Position numbers and translations under genes: made by a program. The notes under the pieces were generated by a model. It was not told the DNA's origin and did no database searches. It worked only from the letters and a program-made list of their open reading frames with translations. From positions 181,042,001-181,106,000 of the forward strand of contig NC_086097.1 in NCBI RefSeq assembly GCF_963921235.1: a stretch of DNA of 64,000 nt. The letters are read 5' to 3'. This document shows positions 53,380 through 64,000 of this stretch, piece after piece. The DNA comes from Mobula hypostoma. Lineage: Eukaryota. Position 1 is the first letter of the stretch. The number at the start of each line of letters is the position of its first letter.

Positions 53380-53887
53380 ATTCAGTGACTAAAGGGCTGA
53401 CGAACACAGAAGTGTGTATTGGCGATGTCATACGGCTGTCTGAAGCCAGCTTGATAGTGAACCTTGAAAAAAATTAGTTCGGCCACACGAAGGTCACTTA
53501 CCTGGGAATTGTGGTGACACAGGGGCAGCTGGCAGTGATGCAAGCTAAAGTGCGGGCTATCTCTGACATCCCAACCCCAACAGACAAGAGGGCCCTCAGA
53601 AGGCTCTTGGAGATGGTGGGGTACTGTAGGAAGTTTTGCAATAACTCTGCGGTTACCACCCCTCCCCCTCCTACTAAGCCCTCGCGAGAGAAAACTAAGT
53701 CGGAATGGGACGACCCTTGTTATTGTGGTCCAGAACGAAACCCAATGAGAGGTTACATTGATCGCAATTCGTCCGTGTTTTTGGCTACTTTGAAGTTTGC
53801 TAAGTTGGAGCCTGGTCTAAGGGATTATTAATAACACATATAAAAGGAACAGGAAATGTGATTGCTGACTGTCTGTCAAGGTGTTGA
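53380..53887 (+). pseudogene. RT/RNaseH remnants of the LTR element
   Basis: VNLEK..FG...VTYLG, PTPTDKRALRRLLEMVGYCRKF, HIKGTGNVIADCLSR. Confidence 0.8.
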
Positions 53888-54006
53888 CAACTTCAAACTT
53901 GCTGTATTAGCCAAATAGCTGATAAAGATGTATATGTGTGTGTATCAAATAATGTATTCATGTTTGTAATTTTTACCCCCCGGTAAAAATCCTTAAAGGG
54001 GGGAAG

Positions 54007-54856
54007 TGTGACGAGAATACACATAGATTAAGATGTAGCTGGCCTGGGCTGGCACCAGTGGAATCAGCAGTTGGTCTGCCACCTGTCTTCAGGAGAGAGA
54101 GAGATAAAGAAAACAATGGAGCAGCATTTGGAGATGTTAATGAAGGAAGGAGAGCTGTCAAAATCGGCTCCCCCTTTGAACCCTGAACTGTTTGAAGTAA
54201 TGGAAAGGCGATACCCCAGCAGGGGGATAAAAAGGGACAGGTTCGCTAAGGCAAGACACACATGACACCCGAGGTAACAAGACCCTGGAAGCGGTGCGTC
54301 TCTCACAAGTCGGTGGGAAGTACCGGGCCATAAACACACAGGGTGGAAAGGCACGATCGACTGGAACCTGGTGTGTGTCCACCCTTGCCTGGGTGCCAGG
54401 TTCACCGCAGGGAAACGATCGTATCTGGAAACAGAGGGGTCGCGGTCGGTGACCTCAGATGACATCACAAAGGACTCACCCGAAAGCTGACTGCAAAGGT
54501 CTGTGTGGAAGCCTTGCATAATTCATTCGTTTTTGCTCTCTCTCTCCTTCCCCCCACTGTCCATCGCCACGGCAGCGATTAATGCGAACTGAACTGAACT
54601 AAATTGAACTGAACTTTGCGTCACTTTGAAACTGGTCATTTACCCCTAGACAACAATAGAGTTTGATTGATCCTGTTATCTTAATTCTGAGCACATGTAT
54701 GTTTATCATTGCTGAACTGTTGCATTCATTATCCTTTTGATTAGAGTACTGTGTTGCTTGTTTCTTTAATAAAACTTTCTTAGTTCTAGTAATCCAGACT
54801 CCAACTGAGTGATCCATTTCTGCTGGTTTGGCAACCCAGTTACGGGGTACGTAACA
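54007..54856 (+). repeat. 3' LTR (850 bp)
   Basis: Follows the PPT; ends gtaaca then TSD cagc. Confidence 0.95.
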
Positions 54857-55611
54857 CAGCACAGGCAAGGTGTTTATGTGCTGTACAGTTCTATGTTTTA
54901 TGTTCTAATTTCATGCAGCACCTACCCCTGACTTCTCTGTGACTTTGTACACGAAGGTGACTTTGTCAACACCCTGTGATTGGAAGAAATGCTACTGGTA
55001 TTACTGTGAAGAACATTTAGGGATACAGGTTGTTCAGGATATTAAACTGGCTTTGTATATGAGAAGGTCTCAACTAGGCTTGATTTGTTTTGCATTGAAC
55101 ACATCATGTATCTTTCAGTAAAAGAGGAATAGGGGAAAGTTTCTCAATGATCTCATGCTGCAATTGTGTTACAACATGACTTTCTCTTTCACCATCCTCC
55201 TGTTCAACCCCGCTCCCATAGAGTCTCCTCAGAGGATGTAAGAAGATGCTGGGTTTCAGAGCAGAGGAGAATGGTGTGGCACAGATCTCAAGGCTTCCTC
55301 TTGTGATTGCAATAAAGCCCAGTGTCAAAAGATTCAGAAGATCTGAAGAGAAGCAGTTCTCTCAAGCCGCCGCATCCCAGCCTTTCATTCTCCAACCTGA
55401 GTCCAGCAACTCAGGCAGTGTTCCTGCTTCCCCCATTTATATTTCCCTCCAGAGACAGCTCTTGCTTTTTCACTGGTCTTCTCCCTGTAACTTTGTACCT
55501 CATATTCGTTAATTTCACTTTTCTCTGGTTCACAAGACCTTTTGGGAGTCAATGACAATTCCAAAAATGTTCCTGAGGTCATAGATTGTGCAGCAACAAA
55601 CAAAAAATAGA

Positions 55612-56655
55612 CCATAAGATATAGGAACAGAAGTAGGCCATTCGGCCCATTGAGTCTACTCCACTATTCAATCATGGGCTGATCCAATTCTTCCAGTCAT
55701 CCCCATTCCGCTGCCTTCACCCCATACCCTTTGATGTCCTGGCTAATCAAGAACCTATCTATCTCTGCCTTAAATACACCCAAAGACCTGGCCTCCACAG
55801 CAACAAATTCCACAGATTTACCACCCTCTGATAAAAGTAATTTCTCTGCATATCAGTTCTAAGTGGATGTCCTTCAATCCTGAAGTTGTGCCCTCTCATC
55901 CTAGAATCCCCTACCATGGGAAATAACTTGGCCATATCTAATCTGTTCTGGCCTTTTAACATTCGGAGTGTTTCTATGAGATTCGCCCTCATTCTCCTGA
56001 ACTGCAGGGAATACAGCCCAAGAGCTGCCAGACGTACCTCATAGCGTAACCCCTTCATTCCTGGAATCATTCTTGTGAATCTTCTCTGGACCCTCTCCAA
56101 TTTCAGTATATCTTTTCTAAAATAAGGAGCCCAAAACTACACAGAATACCTCAAGTGTGGTCTCACAAGTGCCTTATACAGCTTCAACATCACATCCCTG
56201 CTCTTATATTCTATACCTCTAGGAATAAATGCCAACATTGCAATCACCTTCTTCACAACTGACTCAACCTGCAGGTTAACCTTTAGGGTATCTTGCACAA
56301 GGACTCCCAAGTCCCTTTGCATTGCTGCATTTGAATTCTCTCCCCATCTAAATTACAGTCTGCCCGTTTACTTCTTCCACCAAAGTGCATGACCATACAG
56401 TTTCCAACATTGTATTTCATTTGCCACTTCTTTGCCCATTCCCCTGAACTATCTAAGTCCCTCTGTAGGCTCTCTGTTTCCTCAGCAGTACCCACTCCTC
56501 CACCTATCATTGTATCATCGGCAAATTTAGCCACAAATCCATTAATACCGTAGTCCAAATCATTAACATACATCGTAAAAAGCAGCAGTCTCCACACCAA
56601 CCCCTGTGGAACTCCACTGGTAAATGACAGCCAGCCAGAATAGGATCCCTTTACT
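55612..56655 (-). mobile_element. CR1 3' portion (same subfamily as 26800-27808)
   Basis: ORFs 55759-56100, 56137-56322, 56283-56600 (KFADDT). Confidence 0.88.
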
Positions 56656-57396
56656 CCTTCTCAAAGTAGTGAAGGAACTCAGCAAATCAGGCAGCATCTA
56701 TGGAGGGGAATAAACAGTCAACACTTCAGAGAGAAGCCCCCTTCCTTTCCAGTCCAGATGAAGGGCCAAAACATTGACAGTTTATTCCCCTCCTGGATGC
56801 TGCCTGAATTGCTGAGTTTCTCTAGCATTTTGTGTGTGTTGCTCAAGATTTCCAGCATTTGCAGAATCTCGTGTTTATAAATTATGGAGGTCCCTCAAGA
56901 AGGTGGCATCCTTCTTGAGGCCTTCCTAAAGAATCTCACCATCCAGATATGCCTCTTCTCATTACTATCATCAGGTATATATAAAGACCTCTTCCACTCA
57001 CCCCTCCACCAGACCCTCTCTCTTCACCCCTGTTCATTGTGCAGAAGATACAAAAAATCCTAAAAGCATATACCATAAGGCTCAAGGATAGCTTCTACCC
57101 ACCTGTTACAAGACCATTGAATGGTTCCCTAGTACAATAAGATGGACTCTTGATTTCACGATCTACCTTATCGTGATCTTGCACTTTAATGTTCACCTGC
57201 ATTGCATTTTCTCTGTAACTGTAGCACCAATTTTTTATTCTGTTATTGTTTTACCTTGTACTACCTCAATACACTATGTAATGAATTGATCTGTGTGAAG
57301 AGTGTGCAAGTCAAGCTTTTCAGTTTGCCTATGTAGATTGTGACAATAAAAATCAATTCAAATACCACTCGGCCCATACATGCTGACCATGATGTA

Positions 57397-58103
57397 TAGA
57401 ACATAGAACACAGAACATAGAATAGTACAGCACAGTACAGGCCCTTAGGCCCACAATGTTGTGCCCACTCTCAAACCATGCCTCCCATATAAACCCCCAC
57501 CTTAGATTCCTCTATATACCTGTCTAGTAGTCTCTTAAACTTCACTAGTCTATCTGGCTCCACCACTGACTCAGGCAGTGCATTCCACGCACCAACCACT
57601 CACTGAGTAAAAAACCTTCTTCTAATATCCCCCTTGAACTTCCCACCCCTTACCTTAAAGTCATGTCCTCTTGTATTGAGCAGTGGTGCCCTGGGGAAGA
57701 GGCGCTGGCTATCCACTCTATCTATTCCTCTTATTATCTTGTACACCTCTATCATGTCTCCTCTCATCCTCCTTCTCTCCAAAGAGTAAAGCCCTAGCTC
57801 CCTTAATCTCTGATCATAATCCATACTCTCTAAACCAGGCAGCATCCTGGTAAATCTCCTCTGTACCCTTTCCAATGCTTCCACATCCTTCCTATAGTAA
57901 GGTGACCAGAACTGGACACAATACTCCAAGTGTGGCCTAACCAGAGTTTTATAAAGCTGCATCATTACATCATGACTCTTAAACTCTATCCCTCGACTTA
58001 TGAAAGCTAACACCCCATAAGCTTTCTTAACTACCCTATCCACCTGTGAGGCAACTTTCAGGGATCTGTGGACATGTACCCCAAGATCCCTCTGCTCCTC
58101 CAG
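57397..58103 (-). mobile_element. Young CR1 3' end, near-identical to 36065-36764
   Basis: ORF 57600-58043 almost identical to the 35732-36697 peptide; (tagaaca)n tail. Confidence 0.92.
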
Positions 58104-60620
58104 TTAATCAAGTTAATCCCATTTCCCAGCACTTCACCCTTTTCCCTGTAAACTCCTGTCATCCACATACCTGTCTGCAAACTTCTTAAATGTATCTAAT
58201 ATTCCTGCCTCAACCACTTCCTCTGGTAGCTGGTTCTAGAGTCAAAGAGTCAGAACACTACATCACAGAAACAGACTCTTTGGCCCATCTAGTCTATGCT
58301 GACCTGTTATTTGGCCTAGACCCATCTATCTGCAATGTACCATTGTCCTCCATGCCCCTATCATCCATGTACCCATCCAAAATTCTCTTAAATGTTGCAA
58401 TTGAACTCATATCCCCCACCTCCACTAACAACTCATTCCACACTCACACCACCCCTTAAATGAAGGAGTTCTCCCTCATGTTCCCCTTAAATATTTCACC
58501 TTTCATCCTAAACCTATGACCTCTAGTTCTGGGCTCACCCAACCTCAGTGGAAGAAGCCTGCATGCATTTACCCCATCCATACCCCTCATAATCTATCAG
58601 ATCTCCCTTTGTTCTCCTACGATCCAGCAAAAGGTCCTAACCTATTCAACCTTTCCATAGAACATGGGTTCTCAAGCCCTGACAACATTCTTACAAATTT
58701 TCTCTGCACTTCCAAGTTTATTGCTATCTGTCTTATCTTTAGATGAACTGAACTGCACACAATACTCCAAATTCTGCATCACTAACTTCTTACATAACAT
58801 AAACATAACATTCCAACTCCTGCACTACCACTCCACCAGGGTAAATTCTATCACCCATTGTGTAAATAAAGTAATAAGTTCTTATTAAACCATTCATCTC
58901 TAATCACATGTGTTGTTAAAATTATGTTCTCTAGTTTTTGATCTCCCAACCATGGATAAAACAATGCTCACCCTATCTATGACCCAAATAATTTTATATA
59001 CTCCTTGAGACCACCCCTCAGTCTCCTAAACTCTAAAGAGTAAAGGCCCAGTCTGAATAACCTCTCTTTTTTAATTCAGTCCCTTGAGTCTTCAGAACAT
59101 CCTTCCAAATCATTGTTTTAAAATTCTTCCTAGTTTTATCACATGCTTTCTCTAACAGGGTGACCAAAACTGAACAGAATATTCCAAGCGTGGTCTGACT
59201 AACGTTTTGTACAATTGTCACAAAACCTTTCTGTACTCAGTGTCCTCACTGGTGAAGACCAGTGTGCCGAAATCTTTCTTCATCACCCTGTCTACCTATG
59301 ACTTCATTTTAAGGGAACGATGCACTTGTATTCCAAGGTCCTACTTCAGTACCTAGGTTCCTTCTATTCAATGTCAAAGTCCTACTTGATTTATCCTTCC
59401 AAAATGTAACACTTCGCATTTAACTAAATTAAATTCCATTTGCCATTCCTCAGCCCATCAATCTCACCAATCAAGATTCTGTGGTTCTTAATATTCTTTT
59501 ACTCTGTCTACGACCTTACTTATTTTAGTGTCATCAGCAAACTTACTAACTATTCCTTGTATATTATCAACCAAATCATTGATGTAGGTGACAAATAACA
59601 CTGGGCCCAGCACCGACCCTGAGGGGCAGTACTCCGCTGGTCACTGACCTCCAATCTTGGAAACATCCTTCCACAATCACCACCTGCTTCCTACCATCCA
59701 TCCAAGTTTGTATCCAGTTTGCTAGCTCCCCTTGAGTGCCATGCAACCTCATCTGTCTTGCAGAACCTTATCAAAGTCTCACTGAAATCCATATACAAAT
59801 CTACCACCCTACCCTTGTCAATCTTCCTTACCACTTCATTAAAATACTCCATCAAATTTGTAAAATAATATTTCCTACACATGAAGCCATGTTGGCTACA
59901 TCTAATTGACCCTTGCCTTTTCCAAATATGAATATATATTATCCCTCAGAATGCTTTCCAGCAACTTACTGACTATGGATGTTAGGCTATTGGGAATATA
60001 ATACATGATATATCCACTTAGCCCTTCTTAAATAAAGGCACAACATTTGGCATCCACTAGGCTTCCTCCAGCATTTGGAGGGGATCACTGACAGTATTTC
60101 AGTGGAGTCCTGGCTTCAGAGGCTACAAGTCAAGTGCTGAAAGATGGGATTAATGCAGATGGGTTCCCACTTGTCAGCATGCATATGGTGGGCCTGATAG
60201 CATGTTTCCATGAATTAATGATGAAATACTCTGGTGAGACCACTCTCTCTATTCAAGAGACTCACCTGATTCAAATGCCTATAATTGCTAAATGTTTCCT
60301 TTTCTATCTTGATCAAACTTTTTTGACCAAAATCATATTTTGTCATTACTTCCTGTCCGGAACACAGTGCCCTGAACTCTTGCTAACTGTCTTTTGAAAG
60401 CACTGTAAGCACCTGCTCCCAATCTACCATTGTCAGATCCTGTCCTGAGCTATGAAAATCAGCCCTCCCCCTATTTAGGACTTAAATTTGGGGGCCAAAA
60501 ACCTATCCCGTTCTATAACGAGAATGAAACTTACAGAACTGTAATCAATATTCTCTAAGTACTCCCCCACCTCCACTTGCCCTGTTTCAATTCCTCAGAT
60601 AAAGTCAAGTATTGTCTCAA
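58104..60620 (-). mobile_element. Mosaic of older CR1 fragments
   Basis: ORF 59691-59882 (DKGRVVDLYMDFS) and CR1 tail-like stretches. Confidence 0.7.
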
Positions 60621-61369
60621 AAACTCCTGTTCCTCTCTTATTCAGATCTGGGCCCAGATCTGGGCCATACCCTCCAAACATCCAGACCTGCCTCTCGGTT
60701 TTTTTTTTTGCATTACCTTACTTTCCCTTTTCTATTTTCTATTTATGATTTATAATTTAAATTTTTAATATTTACTATCAATTTGTACTCCAGGGAGCAT
60801 GAAGAGCAGAATCAAATATCGCTGTGATGATTGTATGCTCTAGTATCAATTGTTTGGCGACAATAAAGTATATTCTCTGAAAGTAGGTGGACCCATGAGA
60901 CAAAGGACAATGCTTTCGGTGTCACAAAACAACGAGGGTGTCCTGAGTAAATAACAAGGGCTGACCTGTCATGTACAGTGAAATTATTAGCTCACTGGGG
61001 TTGTGCAGTACTCAGTATCTTTGAGAAGAGTTTCACAGCATTGCACACCGGAGACAGGTCAGGAAGCTGGTTCAAGATGGCACCAAGATGCGATCTCTGG
61101 CAAAGTGTGGCTTGGCCTTAGTTGTTTTAAGGTTTGTAGGAATGGTTTTGAGAACAGTGTCGGGATATAGGGGTCAGGTTAAGTTGTATGGACAGGGATA
61201 AGGGGGAGTTAGACATCAGGGGTGGAAAGTGAAGAGTGAGGTGCAGGAGCCAGTGGTTGGTGTCTAGGTCAGAGTGCTCTGCCGCTGAAGGCCAGCGATC
61301 CCCATGGTCAGAGATACCCCAGGTTGGCGAGACATGGATTTATGTCAGAGGTATGTGCAAATGAAAATT

Positions 61370-61900
61370 CCAACAAAAAGTAGTGGATAATGCCCAGTCC
61401 AACATGATAAAGCCCTTATGAACATCTACGTAGAGCGATGCTGCAGGAAAGGAGCATCCATCATTAGGGATCCCCACCACCCAGCTCATGCTCTCTTCTC
61501 GCTGCTGCCATCAAGGCGGCAACACAGGAGCCTCAGGACTCACACCACCGGGTTCAGGAACAGTTATTACCCCTCAGGCATCAGATTCTTGAACCAGAGG
61601 TGATAACTTCACTTGCCCTATCACTGAACTGTTTCCACAACCTGTGGACTCACTTTCAGGGACTCTTCATTTCATGTCTTAGATATTTATTGTTTATTTA
61701 TTTACTGTTATTATTTCTTTATTTCTTTATTTGCACAATTTGCTGTCTTATGTACTCTGGTTGTCTGCCGTGTTAGTGCAGTCTTTCATTGATTCTATTA
61801 TGGTTATTAGATTTATTGAGTATGCCCACAAGGAAATGAATCTCAGGGTTGTGTATGGTGACATATATGTACTTCGATAATAAATTTACTTTGAACTTTG
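61370..61900 (+). mobile_element. Rex1/Babar-like LINE 3' end
   Basis: ORF 61418-61603 ASIIRDPHHPAHALFSLLPS.R..RSLRT.T..FRNSYYP; tail aataaatttactttgaactttga. Confidence 0.75.
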
Positions 61901-63654
61901 AGACTGGATTTCAGGGTTCCAGGGTCGGTGAGTCCTGGAGTCAGTAGTGGAGTTTGGAACACAAATGCCAAAGACTGAAGTCAGCGAGTCCAGAGGTCAA
62001 GACCTGAAGGTTGAAGCCCTTGGGTCGGCATATCTAGAAGTCGGAGGCATGATGTCTGCAAGTTAGAGTCCAGAGGTGGCCTGTCTTGGGTTTGGAGGTC
62101 TGTGTGTGTGTGTGATTGGATGGGATAAGGGCTTGTTTTGCTGATGTTTTGGCTTGCTGCTGCTGCTTGTGTTGTTCTGCTGAAGATCGTGGACATGCGA
62201 TGTTGGTGCCAGATTGTGTGGTGGCACATCCTTGGAGGTGTTGGTTGTCAACATAAATGACACATTTCACTGTATGTTTCAATGTACATGTGATTAATCT
62301 GAATCTGAGTCCATCTCGAAAATAAATCCTCACCGATGGAAGGAACATCATAGAGTCCTGTACCTACACAGCAAGGAAATAGGCCCTTCAGTCCACAATG
62401 TTCAAACTGAAACTTTCTTGCCCATCTACAGTAATCCCATTTGTTTGCGTTAAGACTGTATCTTTCTATACCTCGGCCCAGATGAGGGGGTCTCAACCTG
62501 ACACATTGATTGTCCATTTCCCTTCAGAGATGCTGCCTGACCCACTGAGTTCCTCCAGCATCTTGTGTGTTACTTCAGTTTCCATCATTGCAGTATCTTG
62601 CATCTCCTTCTCTGCATCGCCTATTTAATTTTCTGCCTAAATGCTGGGAATTTGTATCTGATTCCACAAGCTCATCTGGCAGCAAATTTCAGATATCAAC
62701 TACTCTGTGTAAAAATACTTTCCCATCAAATCCTCAATAAAACTCCTTCTTCTCACTTTAATCCCCTGCCACAGCCATTATATTAAATGGTGGATAAGGC
62801 TCAATGGGCCAGACGGCTTTCATTTATTCATCACATGTACATCAAAACATACAGTGAAATGTGTTGTTTGTGCCAATAACCAACACAACACAAAGATGTG
62901 CTGGGGCAGCCCACAAGTGTCACCAAACATTCCAGTGCCAAAATAGCATGCCCACAATGTTCAGTAAAATAACACAAGCTATAACGACAACAGCAACATA
63001 ACAACAGCATAACAAACCCATTTACTCCCATCCACCGACTCACATACACAGACAGGCCTCCAATTCCAGGACACACCAACTCGAGCATCCTCAGCCCTGG
63101 ACTCTCAGACTCACAGATATTGGGCCCAGATTCACAGTCGCAGACACTGGGCCTCTGATCTCCAAACCTGTCAACTCAGGGGCTTCGACCAGTGGGCCTC
63201 GACTTCTGGACTCACCAACTTTGGTCTTCAACCTCTACTGACCCCAGGACTAAATACCCTGTGCCTCAAACTTCAGATGCTTACAGACCTCCAACTGCAG
63301 ACTCACCTCTTATCTTCTCATAATCTTTCCCCATAACTAAAGTCCTCCAATCAGACAACATCCTGGTGAATCTCCTCTGCAGTCTCTTGAACACAACAAC
63401 ATTATTGACTGAAAATTACTAAAGCATCGGTGAGTGAGTTCAGCTGTGACCACTTGGCTCTGGACCTCAATGATCGTTGCTTCATGTGATTAAAGAGGCA
63501 ACTGTCAGAGGTGAGGTGAGCAGCAGAATTTGGATGAGATTTGAACATTTGAAAAGTTCAACAACATCTGAAACTTGAATGGTATCTAATACTTCTCCTG
63601 CAATATTTGTTCCCTCTGCCTCACATTCATTAGGTGTGCTCGGGTAACTGGTCA

Positions 63655-64000
63655 AAGATTACATAGAACATAGCACATTACAGGGCCTTCAATCTACAAT
63701 GTTATGCTGATCTTTTAACCTTACTCTAAGAACAACCTAACCCTTCCTTCCCACATAGCCCTCTAATTTTCTTTCATCCATATGCCTATCCAAGGGTCTC
63801 TTAAATATCCCCAATGCATCTATTTCTACCATCACCCCTGGGAGTGCATTCCACACACCACCACTCTCTGTTAAAAAAAAACTACCTCTGACATCCTCCT
63901 ATACTTTCTTCCAATCACCTTAAAATTATGCCCTCACATATTAGCCATTTCTGCCCTGGGAAAAAGGCACTGGCTGCCCACTCTATCCATGCTTCTTGTG
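63655..64000 (-). mobile_element. CR1 3' end running off the window
   Basis: catagaacatag tail followed by a typical CR1 3' region. Confidence 0.75.

Larger units (their letters stand above)
49938..54856 (+). mobile_element. Gmr1-like Ty3/Gypsy LTR retrotransposon, internally deleted, both LTRs present
   Basis: TGT...ACA LTR pair; 4-bp TSD CAGC (49934-49937 / 54857-54860); PBS; PPT aaaggggggaag 53995-54006. Confidence 0.95.

Noticed and set aside
50019..54868. Duplicated ORFs 50019-50582 / 54064-54519 and 50542-50889 / 54599-54868
   Set aside because: Chance ORFs inside the two LTR copies; no recognisable domain
54860..64000. Neighbouring gene such as SLC4A2 (adjacent to CDK5 in mammals)
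   Set aside because: No recognisable exon peptide in this interval

Overview
Eukaryotic (vertebrate) genomic DNA, most likely a cartilaginous fish (shark/ray), inferred from the repeat repertoire. The only host gene found is CDK5 on the minus strand: coding exons 1-8 (580 nt, MQKYEKLEKIGEGTYG...MWSAGCIFA) spread over 11826-49130, all with GT-AG boundaries; exons 9-12 were not found and should lie left of position 1. Most of the rest is transposable-element DNA: many CR1 LINE copies (one with near-complete ORFs at 33046-36764), a full-length L1-clade element with a TSD nested in a CR1, an RTE LINE nested in a decayed Gypsy element, a Gmr1-like (SCAN-type gag, integrase before RT) LTR element with both LTRs about 0.8 kb upstream of the CDK5 ATG, a palindromic Tc1 derivative built from two transposase 3' halves, and Penelope, Rex1, SINE and hAT fragments. 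The least explained signals are a ~51-bp inverted copy of the start of CDK5 intron 1, an unassigned ~220-bp unit present twice in intron 5, CTCF-like tandem motifs upstream of exon 1, and a possible in-frame cryptic exon in intron 1. I found no prokaryote-type system and cannot claim a new biological system from sequence alone. Repeat boundaries without a TSD are approximate.
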